DNA of 64,000 nt from the human T2T-CHM13v2.0 reference genome, Homo sapiens. Shown here piece by piece: positions 33,401 to 48,330 of this stretch. Both the position numbers and the translations under genes were made by a program. The notes below the pieces were generated by a model, which was not told where the DNA came from, did no database searches, and worked only from the letters and a program-made list of their open reading frames with translations. The stretch's first letter is position 1, and every line of letters begins with the position of its first letter. The stretch lies in the NCBI RefSeq assembly GCF_009914755.1, contig NC_060927.1, one strand, 5' to 3'.

Positions 33401-34232
33401 ATGAAAGTACATCAAATATAGATTATATACTGTACATATAATATCAATGTATCTGAAATATATATTTTATACTCTACATGAAATATCAAAGTTCACAAAC
33501 CATATATTGTATACTGCACATAAAATATCAAAATACCCAAGGTATATATTCTATACTGTACAAAAAATATCAAAGTACCCAAAGCAGGTATTATATACTG
33601 TAAATAAAATATTAAAGTACATCAAATATATATTTTATTCTGTACATAAAATATCAAAGTACACCAGATATATATTCTATAGCGTACATAAAATATCAAA
33701 GTACACAAACTATACATTATATACTGTACATAAAATATGAAATTACATCAAATATATATTATATTAGGTACATAAAATATGAAAGTACATCAAATATAGA
33801 TTATATACTGTACATTAAATACCAAAGTACCCCAAATATATATTTTATACTGTACATGAAATTTCAAAGTTCACAAACTATATATTATATACTGTACATA
33901 AAATATCAAAGTACCCAAGGTATATATTCTATACTGTGCAAAAAATATCAAAGTACCCAAAGCATGTATTATATACTGTATATAAAATATGAATGTACAT
34001 CAAATATATATTTTATTCTGTACATAAAATATCAAAGTACACCAGATATATATTCTATAGTGTACATAAAATATCAAAGTACCCAAACTATACATTATAT
34101 ACTGTACATAAAATATGAAATTACATCAAATATATATTATATTAGGTACATAAAATACGAAAGTACATCAAATATAGATTATATACTGTACATAAAATAT
34201 CAAAGTACCCCAATATATATTATATACTGTAC

Positions 34233-37200
34233 ATGAAATATCAAAGTTCACAAACTATATATTATATACTGTACATAAAATATCAAAGTACCCAAGGTAT
34301 ATATTGTATAGTGTACAAAAAATATCAAAGTACCCAAAGCATGTATTATATACCGTACATAAAATATAAAATTACATCAAATATATATTTTATTCTGTAC
34401 ATAAAATATCAAAGTACACCAGATATATATACTATAGTGTACATAAAATATCAAAGTACCCAAACTATACATTATACACTGTACATAAAATATGAAATTA
34501 CATCAAATATATATTAGGTACATAAAATATGAAAGTACATCAAATATAGATTATATACTGTAAATATAATATCAATGTACCCCAAATATATATTTTATAC
34601 TCTACATGAAATATCAAAGTTCACAAACCATATATTATATACTGTACATAAAATATCAAAGTACCCAAGGTATATATTCTATACTGTACAAAAAATATCA
34701 AAGTACCCAAAGCATGTATTATATACTGTACATAAAATATGAAAGTACATCAAATATATATTTTATTCTGTACATAAAATATCAAAGTACACCAGATATA
34801 TATTCTATAGTGTACATAAAATATCAAAGTACCCAAACTATACATTATATACTGTACATAAAATATGAAATTACATCAAATATATATTATATTAGGTACA
34901 TGAAATATGAAAGTACATCAAATATAGATTATATACTGTACATAAAATATGAAAGTACCCCAAATATATATTATATACTCTACATGAAATATCAAAGTTC
35001 ACAAACTATATATTATATACTGTACATAAAATATCAAAGTACCCAAGGTATATATTCTATACTGTACAAAAAATATCAAAGTATCCAAAGCATGTATTAT
35101 ATACTGTATATAAAATATGAAAGTACATCAAATATATATTTTATTCTGTACATAAAATATCAAAGTACACCAGATATATATTCTATAGTGTACATAAAAT
35201 ATCAAAGTACCCAAGCTATACATTATATACTGTACATAAAATATGAAATTACAGCAAATATATATTATATTAGGTACATAAAATATGAAAGTACATCAAA
35301 TATAGATTATATACTGTACATTAAATACCAAAGTACCCCAAATATATATTTTATACTGTACATGAAATATCAAAGTTCACAAACTATATATTATATACTG
35401 TACATAAAATATCAATGTACCCAAGGTATATATTCTATACTGCACAAAAAATATCAAAGTACCCAAAGCATGTATTATATACTGTATATAAAATATGAAA
35501 GTACATCAAATATATATTTTATTCTGTACATAAAATATCAAAGTACACCAGATATATATTCTAATGTGTACATAAAATATCAAAATACCCAAACTATACA
35601 TTATATACTGTACATAAAATATGAAATTACATCAAATATATATTATATTAGGTACATAAAATACGAAAGTACATCAAATATAGATTATATACTGTACATA
35701 AAATATCAAAGTACCCCAATATATATTATATACTGTACATGAAATATCAAAGTTCACAAACTATATATTATGTACTGTACATAAAATATCAAAGTACCCA
35801 AGGTATATATTCTATACTGTACAAAAAATATCAAAGTACCCAAAGCATGTATTATATAATGTACATAAAATATGGAAGTACATCAAATATATATTTTATT
35901 CTGTACATAAAATATCAAAGAACACCAGACATATATTCTATAGTGTACATAAAATATCAAAGTACCCAAACTATACATTATATACTGTACATAAAATATG
36001 AAATTACATCATATATATATTAGGTACATAAAATATGAAAGTACATCAAATATATATTTTATTCTGTACATAAAATATCAAAGTACACCAGATATATATT
36101 CTATAGTGTACATAAAATAACAAAGTACACAAACTATAAATTATATACTGTACATAAAATATGAAATTACATCAAATATATATTAGGTACATAAAATATG
36201 AAAGTACATCAAATATAGATTATATACTGTACATATAATATCAATGTACCCGAAATATATATTTTATACTCTACATGAAATATCAAAGTTCACAAACCAT
36301 ATATTGTATACTGCACATAAAATATCAAAATACCCAATGTATATATTCTATACTGTACAAAAAATATCAAAGTACCCAAAGCAGGTATTATATACTGTAC
36401 ATAAAATATGAAAGTACATCAAATATATATTTTATTCTGTACATAAAATATCAAAGTACACCAGATATATATTCTATAGTGTACATAAAATATCAAAGTA
36501 CCCAAACTATACATTATATACTGTACATAAAATATGAAATTACATCAAATATATATTATATTAGGTACATAAAATACGAAAGTACATCAAATATAGATTA
36601 TATACTGTACATAAAATATCAAAGTACCCCAATATATATTATATACTGTATATGAAATATCAAAGTTCACAAACTATATATTATATACTGTACATAAAAT
36701 ATCAAAGTACCCAAGGTATATATTCTATAGTGTACAAAAAATATCAAAGTACCCAAAGCATGTATTATATACCGTACATAAAATATAAAATTACATCAAA
36801 TATATATTTTATTCTGTACATAAAATATCAAAGTACACCAGATATATATTCTATAGTGTACATAAAATATCAAAGTACCCAAACTATACATTATACACTG
36901 TACATAAAATATGAAATTACATCAAATATATATTCGGTACATAAAATATGAAAGTACATCAAATATAGATTATATACTGTAAATATAATATCAATGTACC
37001 CCAAATATATATTTTATACTCTACATGAAATATCAAAGTTCACAAACCATATATTATATACTGTAAATAAAATATCAAAGTACCCAAGGTATATATTCTA
37101 TACTGTACAAAAAATATCAAAGTACCCAAAGCATGTATTATATACTGTACATAAAATATGAAAGTACATCAAATATATATTTTATTCTGTACATAAAATA

Positions 37201-40200
37201 TCAAAGTACACCAGATTTATATTCTATAGTGTACATAAAATATCAAAGTACCCAAACTATACATTATATACTGTACATAAAATATGAAATTACATCAAAT
37301 ATATATTATATTAGGTACATGAAATATGAAAGAACATCAAATATAGATTATATACTGTACATAAAATATGAAAGTACCCCAAATATATATTATATACTCT
37401 ACATGAAATATCAAAGTTCACCAACTATATATTATATACTGTACATAAAATATCAAAGTACCCAAGGTATATATTCTATACTGTACAAAAAATATCAAAG
37501 TATCCAAAGCATGTATTATATACTGTATATAAAATATGAAAGTACATCAAATATATATTTTATTCTGTACATAAAATATCAAAGTACACCAGATATATAT
37601 TCTATAGTGTACATAAAATATCAAAGTCCCCAAACTATACATTATATACTGTACATAAAATATGAAATTACAGCAAATATATATTATATTAGGTACATAA
37701 AATATGAAAGTACATCAAATATAGATTATATACTGTACATTAAATACCAAAGTACCCCAAATATATATTTTATACTGTACATGAAATATCAAAGTTCACA
37801 AACTATATATTATATACTGTACATAAAATATCAATGTACCCAAGGTATATATTCTATACTGCACAAAAAATATCAAAGTACCCAAAGCATGTATTATATA
37901 CTGTATATAAAATATGAAAGTACATCAAATATATATTTTATTCTGTACATAAAATATCAAAGTACACCAGATATATATTCTAATGTGTACATAAAATATC
38001 AAAGTACCCAAACTATACATTATATACTGTACATAAAATATGAAATTACATCAAATATATATTATATTAGGTACATAAAATACGAAAGTACATCAAATAT
38101 AGATTATATACTGTACATAAAATATCAAAGTACCCCAATATATATTATATACTGTACATGAAATATCAAAGTTCACAAACTATATATTATGTACTGTACA
38201 TAAAATATCAAAGTACCCAAGGTATATATTCTATACTGTACAAAAAATATCAAAGTACCCAAAGCATGTATTATATAATGTACATAAAATATGGAAGTAC
38301 ATCAAATATATATTTTATTCTGTACATAAAATATCAAAGAACACCAGACATATATTCTATAGTGTACATAAAATATCAAAGTACCCAAACTATACATTAT
38401 ATACTGTACATAAAATATGAAATTACATCATATATATATTAGGTACATAAAATATGAAAGTACATCAAATATATATTTTATTCTGTACATAAAATATCAA
38501 AGTACACCAGATATATATTCTATAGTGTACATAAAATAACAAAGTACACAAACTATAAATTATATACTGTACATAAAATATGAAATAACATCAAATATAT
38601 ATTAGGTACATAAAATATGAAAGTACATCAAATATAAATTATATACTGTACATATAATATCAATGTACCCGAAATATATATTTTATACTCTACATGAAAT
38701 ATCAAAGTTCACAAACCATATATTGTATACTGCACATAAAATATCAAAATACCCAATGTATATATTCTATACTGTACAAAAAATATCAAAGTACCCAAAG
38801 CAGGTATTATATACTGTACATAAAATATGAAAGTACATCAAATATATATTTTATTCTGTACATAAAATATCAAAGTACACCAGATATATATTCTATAGTG
38901 TACATAAAATATCAAAGTACCCAAACTATACATTATATACTGTACATAAAATATGAAATTACATCAAACATATATTATATTAGGTACATAAAATACGAAA
39001 GTACATCAAATATAGATTATATACTGTACATAAAATATCAAAGTACCCCAATATATATTATATACTGTATATGAAATATCAAAGTTCACAAACTATATAT
39101 TATATACTGTACATAAAATATCAAAGTACCCAAGGTATATATTCTATAGTGTACAAAAAATATCAAAGTACCCAAAGCATGTATTATATACCGTACATAA
39201 AATATAAAATTACATCAAATATATATTTTATTCTGTACATAAAATATCAAAGTACACCAGATATATATTCTATAGTGTACATAAAATATCAAAGTACCCA
39301 AACTATACATTATACACTGTACATAAAATATGAAATTACATCAAATATATATTCGGTACATAAAATATGAAAGTACATCAAATATAGATTATATACTGTA
39401 AATATAATATCAATGTACCCCAAATATATATTTTATACTCTACATGAAATATCAAAGTTCACAAACCATATATTATATACTGTACATAAAATATCAAAGT
39501 ACCCAAGGTATATATTCTATACTGTACAAAAAATATCAAAGTACCCAAAGCATGTATTATATACTGTACATAAAATATGAAAGTACATCAAATATATATT
39601 TTATTCTGTACATAAAATATCAAAGTACACCAGATTTATATTCTATAGTGTACATAAAATATCAAAGTACCCAAACTATACATTATATACTGTACATAAA
39701 ATATGAAATTACATCAAATATATATTATATTAGGTACATGAAATATGAAAGAACATCAAATATAGATTATATACTGTACATAAAATATGAAAGTACCCCA
39801 AATATATATTATATACTCTACATGAAATATCAAAGTTCACCAACTATATATTATATACTGTACATAAAATATCAAAGTACCCAAGGTATATATTCTATAC
39901 TGTACAAAAAATATCAAAGTATCCAAAGCATGTATTATATACTGTATATAAAATATGAAAGTACATCAAATATATATTTTATTCTGTACATAAAATATGA
40001 AAGTACACCAGATATATATTCTATAGTGTACATAAAATATCAAAGTCCCCAAACTATACATTATATACTGTACATAAAATATGAAATTACAGCAAATATA
40101 TATTATATTAGGTACATAAAATATGAAAGTACATCAAATATAGATTATATACTGTACATTAAATACCAAAGTACCCCAAATATATATTTTATACTGTACA

Positions 40201-41490
40201 TGAAATATCAAAGTTCACAAACTATATATTATATACTGTACATAAAATATCAATGTACCCAAGGTATATATACTATACTGCACAAAAAATATCAAAGTAC
40301 CCAAAGCATGTATTATATACTGTATATAAAATATGAAAGTACATCAAATATATATTTTATTCTGTACATAAAATATAAAAGTACACCAGATATATATTCT
40401 ATAGTGTACATAAAATATCAAAGTACCCAAACTATACATTATATACTGTACATAAAATATGAAATTACATCAAATATATATTATATTAGGTACATAAAAT
40501 ACGAAAGTACATCAAATATAGATTATATACTGTACATAAAATATGAAAGTACCCCAATATATATTATATACTGTACATGAAATATCAAAGTTCACAAACT
40601 ATATATTATGTACTGTACATAAAATATCAAAGTACCCAAGGTATATATTCTATACTGTACAAAAAATATCAAAGTACCCAAAGCATGTATTATATAATGT
40701 ACATAAAATATGAAAGTACATCAAATATATATTTTATTCTGTACATAAAATATCAAAGAACACCAGATATATATTCTATAGTGTACATAAAATATCAAAG
40801 TACCCAAACTATACATTATATACTGTACATAAAATATGAAATTACATCAAATATATATTAGGTACATAAAATATGAAAGTACATCAAATATATATTTTAT
40901 TCTGTACATAAAATATCAAAGTACACCAGATATATATTCTATAGTGTACATAAAATAACAAAGTACACAAACTATAAATTATATACTGTACATAAAATAT
41001 GAAATTACATCAAATATATATTAGGTACATAAAATATGAAAGTACATCAAATATAGATTATATACTGTACATATAATATCAATGTACCCGAAATATATAT
41101 TTTATACTCTACATGAAATATCAAAGTTCACAAACCATATATTGTATACTGCACATAAAATATCAAAATACCCAAGGTATATATTCTATACTGTACAAAA
41201 AATATCAAAGTACCCAAAGCAGGTATTATATACTGTACATAAAATATGAAAGTACATCAAATATATATTTTATTCTGTACATAAAATATCAAAGTACACC
41301 AGATATATATTCTATAGCGTACATAAAATATCAAAGTACACAAACTATACATTATATACTGTACATAAAATATGAAATTACATCAAATATATATTATATT
41401 AGGTACATAAAATATGAAAGTACATCAAATATAGATTATATACTGTAAATATAATATCAATGTACCCCAAATATATATTTTATACTCTAC
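34233..41490 (+). repeat. About three tandem copies of a 2419-bp (58-monomer) super-HOR
   Basis: Equivalent ORF starts lie 2419 bp apart: 34233/36652/39071, 35739/38158/40577, 36275/38694/41113. Unit = 378+378+377+536+377+373. Confidence 0.9.
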
Positions 41491-44400
41491 ATGAAATATC
41501 AAAGTTCACAAACCATATATTATATACTGTACATAAAATATCAAAGTACCCAAGGTATATATTCTATACTGTACAAAAAATATCAAAGTACCCAAAGCAT
41601 GTATTATATACTGTACATAAAATATGAAAGTACATCAAATATATATTTTATTCTGTACATAAAATATCAAAGTACACCAGATATATATTCTATAGTGTAC
41701 ATAAAATATCAAAGTACCCAAACTATACATTATATACTGTACATAAAATATGAAATTACATCAAATATATATTATATTAGGTAAATGAAATATGAAAGTA
41801 CATCAAATATAGATTATATACTGTACATAAAATATGAAAGTACCCCAAATATATATTATATACTCTACATGAAATATCAAAGTTCACAAACTATATATTA
41901 TATACTGTACATAAAATATCAAAGTACCCAAGGTATATATTCTATACTGTACAAAAAATATCAAAGTATCCAAAGCATGTATTATATACTGTATATAAAA
42001 TATGAAAGTACATCAAATATATATTTTATTCTGTACATAAAATATCAAAGTACACCAGATATATATTCTATAGTGTACATAAAATATCAAAGTACCCAAA
42101 CTATACATTATATACTGTACATAAAATATGAAATTACAGCAAATATATATTATATTAGGTACATAAAATATGAAAGTACATCAAATATAGATTATATACT
42201 CTACATTAAATACCAAAGTACCCCAAATATATATTTTATACTCTACATGAAATATCAAAGTTCACAAACCATATATTATATACTGTACATAAAATATCAA
42301 AGTACCCAAGGTATATATTCTATACTGTACAAAAAATATCAAAGTACCCAAAGCATGTATTATATACTATACCTAAAATATGAAAGTACATCAAATATAT
42401 ATTTTATTCTGTACATAAAATATCAAAGTACACCAGATATATATTCTACAGTGTACATAAAATATCAAAGTACCCAAACTATACATTATATACTGTACAT
42501 AAAATATGAAATTACATCAAATATATATTATATTAGGTACATAAAATACGAAAGTACATCAAATATAGATTATATACTGTACATAAAATATCAAAGTACC
42601 CCAATATATATTATATACTGTACATGAAATATCAAAGTTCACAAACTATATATTATGTACTGTACATAAAATATCAAAGTACCCAAGGTATATATTCTAT
42701 ACTGTACAAAAAATATCAAAGTACCCAAAGCATGTATTATATAATGTACATAAAATATGAAAGTACATCAAATATATATTTTATTCTGTACATAAAATAT
42801 CAAAGTACACCAGATATATATTCTATAGCGTACATACAATATCAAAGTACACAAACTATACATTATATACTGTACATAAAATATGAAATTACATCAAATA
42901 TATATTATATTAGGTAAATGAAATATGAAAGTACATCAAATATAGATTATATACTGTACATAAAATATGAAAGTACCCCAAATATATATTATATACTCTA
43001 CATGAAATATCAAAGTTCACAAACTATATATTATATACTGTACATAAAATATCAAAGTACCCAAGGTATATATTCTATACTGTACAAAAAATATCAAAGT
43101 ATCCAAAGCATGTATTATATACTGTATATAAAATATGAAAGTACATCAAATATATATTTTATTCTGTACATAAAATATCAAAGTACACCAGATATATATT
43201 CTATAGCGTACATAAAATATCAAAGTACACAAACTGTACATTATATACTGTACATAAAATATGAAATTACATCAAATATATATTATATTAGGTACATAAA
43301 ATATGAAAGTACATCAAATATAGATTATATACTGTAAATATAATATCAATGTACCCCAAATATATATTTTATACTCTACATGAAATATCAAAGTTCACAA
43401 ACCATATATTATATACTGTACATAAAATATCAAAGTACCCAAGGTATATATTCTAAACTGTACAAAAAATATCAAAGTACCCAAAGCATGTATTATATAC
43501 TGTACATAAAATAGGAAAGTACATCAAATATATATTTTATTCTGTACATAAAGTATCAAAGTACACCAGATATATATTCTATAGTGTACATAAAATATCA
43601 AAGTACCCAAACTATACATTATATACTGTACATAAAATATGAAATTACATCAAATATATATTATATTAGGTAAATGAAATATGAAAGTACATCAAATATA
43701 GATTATATACTGTACATAAAATATGAAAGTACCCCAAATATATATTATATACTCTACATGAAATATCAAAGTTCACAAACTATATATTATATACTCTACA
43801 TAAAATATCAAAGTACCCAAGGTATATATTCTATACTGTACAAAAAATATCAAAGTATCCAAAGCATGTATTATATACTGTATATAAAATATGAAAGTAC
43901 ATCAAATATATATTTTATTCTGTACATAAAATATCAAAGTACACCAGATATATATTCTATAGTGTACATAAAATATCAAAGTACCCAAACTATACATTAT
44001 ATACTGTACATAAAATATGAAATTACAGCAAATATATATTATATTAGGTACATAAAATATGAAAGTACATCAAATATAGATTATATACTCTACATTAAAT
44101 ACCAAAGTACCCCAAATATATATTTTATACTGTACATGAAATATCAAAGTTCACAAACTATATATTATATACTGTACATAAAATATCAATGTACCCAAGG
44201 TATATATTCTATACTGCACAAAAAATATCAAAGTACCCAAAGCATGTATTATATACTGTATATAAAATATGAAAGTACATCAAATATATATTTTATTCTG
44301 TACATAAAATATCAAAGTACACCAGATATATATTCTATAGTGTACATAAAATATCAAAGTACCCAAACTATACATTATATACTGTACATAAAATATGAAA

Positions 44401-46606
44401 TTACATCAAATATATATTATATTAGGTACATAAAATACGAAAGTACATCAAATATAGATTATATACTGTACATAAAATATGAAAGTACCCCAATATATAT
44501 TATATACTCTACATGAAATATCAAAGTTCACAAACTATATATTATGTACTGTACATAAAATATCAAACTACCCAAGGTATATATTCTATACTGTACAAAA
44601 AATATCAAAGTACCCAAAGCATGTATTATATAATGTACATAAAATATGAAAGTACATCAAATATATATTTTATTCTGTACATAAAATATCAAAGAACACC
44701 AGATATATATTCTATAGTGTACATAAAATATCAAAGTACCCAAACTATACATTATATACTGTACATAAAATATGAAATTACAGCAAATATATATTATATT
44801 AGGTACATAAAATATGAAAGTACATCAAATATAGATTATATACTGTACATTAAATACCAAAGTACCCCAAATATATATTTTATACTGTACATGAAATATC
44901 AAAGTTCACAAACTATATATTATATACTGTACATAAAATATCAATGTACCCAAGGTATATATTCTATACTGCACAAAAAATATCAAAGTACCCAAAGCAT
45001 GTATTATATACTGTATATAAAATATGAAAGTACATCAAATATATATTTTATTCTGTACATAAAATATCAAAGTACACCAGATATATATTCTATAGTGTAC
45101 ATAAAATAACAAAGTACACAAACTATAAATTATATCCTGTACATAAAATATGAAATTACATCAAATATATATTAGGTACATAAAATATGAAAGTACATCA
45201 AATATAGATTATATACTGTACATTAAGTACCAAAGTACACCAAATATATATTTTATTCTGTACATAAAATATCAAAGTACACCAGATATATATTCTATAG
45301 TGTACATAAAATATCAAAGTACCCAAACTATACATTATATACTGTACATAAAATATGAAATTACATCAAATATATATTATATTAGGTAAATGAAATATGA
45401 AAGTACATCAAATATAGATTATATACTGTACATGAAATATGAAAGTACCCCAAATATATATTATATACTCTACATGAAATATCAAAGTTCACAAACTATA
45501 TATTATATACTGTACATAAAATATCAAAGTACCCAAGGTATATATTCTATACTGTACAAAAAATATCAAAGTATCCAAAGCATGTATTATATACTGTATA
45601 TAAAATATGAAAGTACATCAAATATATATTTTATTCTGTACATAAAATATCAAAGTACACCAGATATATATTCTATAGTGTACATAAAATATCAAAGTAC
45701 CCAAACTATACATTATATACTGTACATAAAATATGAAATTACAGCAAATATATATTATATTAGGTACATAAAATATGAAAGTACATCAAATATAGATTAT
45801 ATACTCTACATTAAATACCAAAGTACCCCAAATATATATTTTATACTGTACATGAAATATCAAAGTTCACAAACTATATATTATATACTGTACATAAAAT
45901 ATCAATGTACCCAAGGTATATATTCTATACTGCACAAAAAATATCAAAGTACCCAAAGCATGTATTATATACTGTATATAAAATATGAAAGTACATCAAA
46001 TATATATTTTATTCTGTACATAAAATATCAAAGTACACCAGATATATATTCTATAGTGTACATAAAATATCAAAGTACCCAAACTATACATTATATACTG
46101 TACATAAAATATGAAATTACATCAAATATATATTATATTAGGTACATAAAATACGAAAGTACATCAAATATAGATTATATACTGTACATAAAATATGAAA
46201 GTACCCCAATATATATTATATACTCTACATGAAATATCAAAGTTCACAATCTATATATTATGTACTGTACATAAAATATCAAACTACCCAAGGTATATAT
46301 TCTATACTGTACAAAAAATATCAAAGTACCCAAAGCATGTATTATATAATGTACATAAAATATCAAAGTACATCAAATATATATTTTATTCTGTACATAA
46401 AATATCAAAGAACACCAGATATATATTCTATAGTGTACATAAAATATCAAAGTACCCAAACTATACATTATATACTGTACATAAAATATGAAATTACAGC
46501 AAATATATATTATATTAGGTACATAAAATATGAAAGTACATCAAATATAGATTATATACTGTAAATATAATATCAATGTACCCCAAATATATATTTTATA
46601 CTCTAC

Positions 46607-48330
46607 ATGAAATATCAAAGTTCACAAACCATATATTATATACTGTACATAAAATATCAAAGTACCCAAGGTATATATTCTATACTGTACAAAAAATATC
46701 AAAGTACCCAAAGCATGTATTATATACTGTACATAAAATATGAAAGTACATCAAATATATATTTTATTCTGTACATAAAATATCAAAGTACACCAGATAT
46801 ATATTCTATAGTGTACATAAAATATCAAAGTACCCAAACTATACATTATATACTGTACATAAAATATGAAATTACATCAAATATATATTATATTAGGTAA
46901 ATGAAATATGAAAGTACATCAAATATAGATTATATACTGTACATAAAATATGAAAGTACCCCAAATATATATTATATACTCTACATGAAATATCAAAGTT
47001 CACAAACTATATATTATATACTGTCCATAAAATATCAAAGTACCCAAGGTATATATTTTATACTGTACAAAAAATATCAAAGTACCCAAAGCATGTATTA
47101 TATACTATACCTAAAATATGAAAGTACATCAAATATATATTTTATTCTGTACATAAAATATCAAAGTACACCAGATATATATACTATAGTGTACATAAAA
47201 TATCAAAGTACCCAAACTATACATTATACACTGCACATAAAATATGAAATTACATCAAATATATATTAGGTACATAAAATATGAAAGTACATCAAATATA
47301 GATTATATACTGTAAATATAATATCAATGTACCCCAAATATATATTTTATACTCTACATGAAATATCAAAGTTCACAAACCATATATTATATACTGTACA
47401 TAAAATATCAAAGTACCCAAGGTATATATTCTATACTGTACAAAAAATATCAAAGTACCCAAAGCATGTATTATATACTGTACATAAAATATGAAAGTAC
47501 ATCAAATATATATTTTATTCTGTACATAAAATATCAAAGTACACCAGATATATATTCTATAGTGTACATAAAATATCAAAGTACCCAAACTATACATTAT
47601 ATACTGTACATAAAATATGAAATTACATCAAATATATATTATATTAGGTAAATGAAATATGAAAGTACATCAAATATAGATTATATACTGTACATAAAAT
47701 ATGAAAGTACCCCAAATATATATTATATACTCTACATGAAATATCAAAGTTCACAAACTATATATTATATACTGTCCATAAAATATCAAAGTACCCCAGG
47801 TATATATTTTATACTGTACAAAAAATATCAAAGTACCCAAAGCATGTATTATATACTATACCTAAAATATGAAAGTACATCAAATATATATTTTATTCTG
47901 TACATAAAATATCAAAGTACACCAGATATATATACTATAGTGTACATAAAATATCAAAGTACCCAAACTATACATTATACACTGCACATAAAATATGAAA
48001 TTACATCAAATATATATTAGGTACATAAAATATGAAAGTACATCAAATATAGATTATATACTGTAAATATAATATCAATGTACCCCAAATATATATTTTA
48101 TACTCTACATGAAATATCAAAGTTCACAAACCATATATTATATACTGTACATAAAATATCAAAGTACCCAAGGTATATATTCTATACTGTACAAAAAATA
48201 TCAAAGTACCCAAAGCATGTATTATATACTGTACATAAAATATGAAAGTACATCAAATATATATTTTATTCTGTACATAAAATATCAAAGTACACCAGAT
48301 ATATATTCTATAGTGTACATAAAATAACAA
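46607..48330 (+). repeat. 751-bp (378+373) HOR-dimer tandem repeat, about 2.3 copies
   Basis: ORF starts 46607/47358/48109 and 46901/47652. Shared markers CTGTCCATAA, CTATACCTAAA, TACACTGCAC. Confidence 0.85.

Noticed and set aside
34233-41490. 2419-bp period resembling the roughly 2.4-kb HSat1B/DYZ2 unit
   Set aside because: HSat1B/DYZ2 units include an Alu-derived segment and other non-42-mer sequence. This unit is made entirely of 58 HSat1A monomers, so the length match is coincidental.
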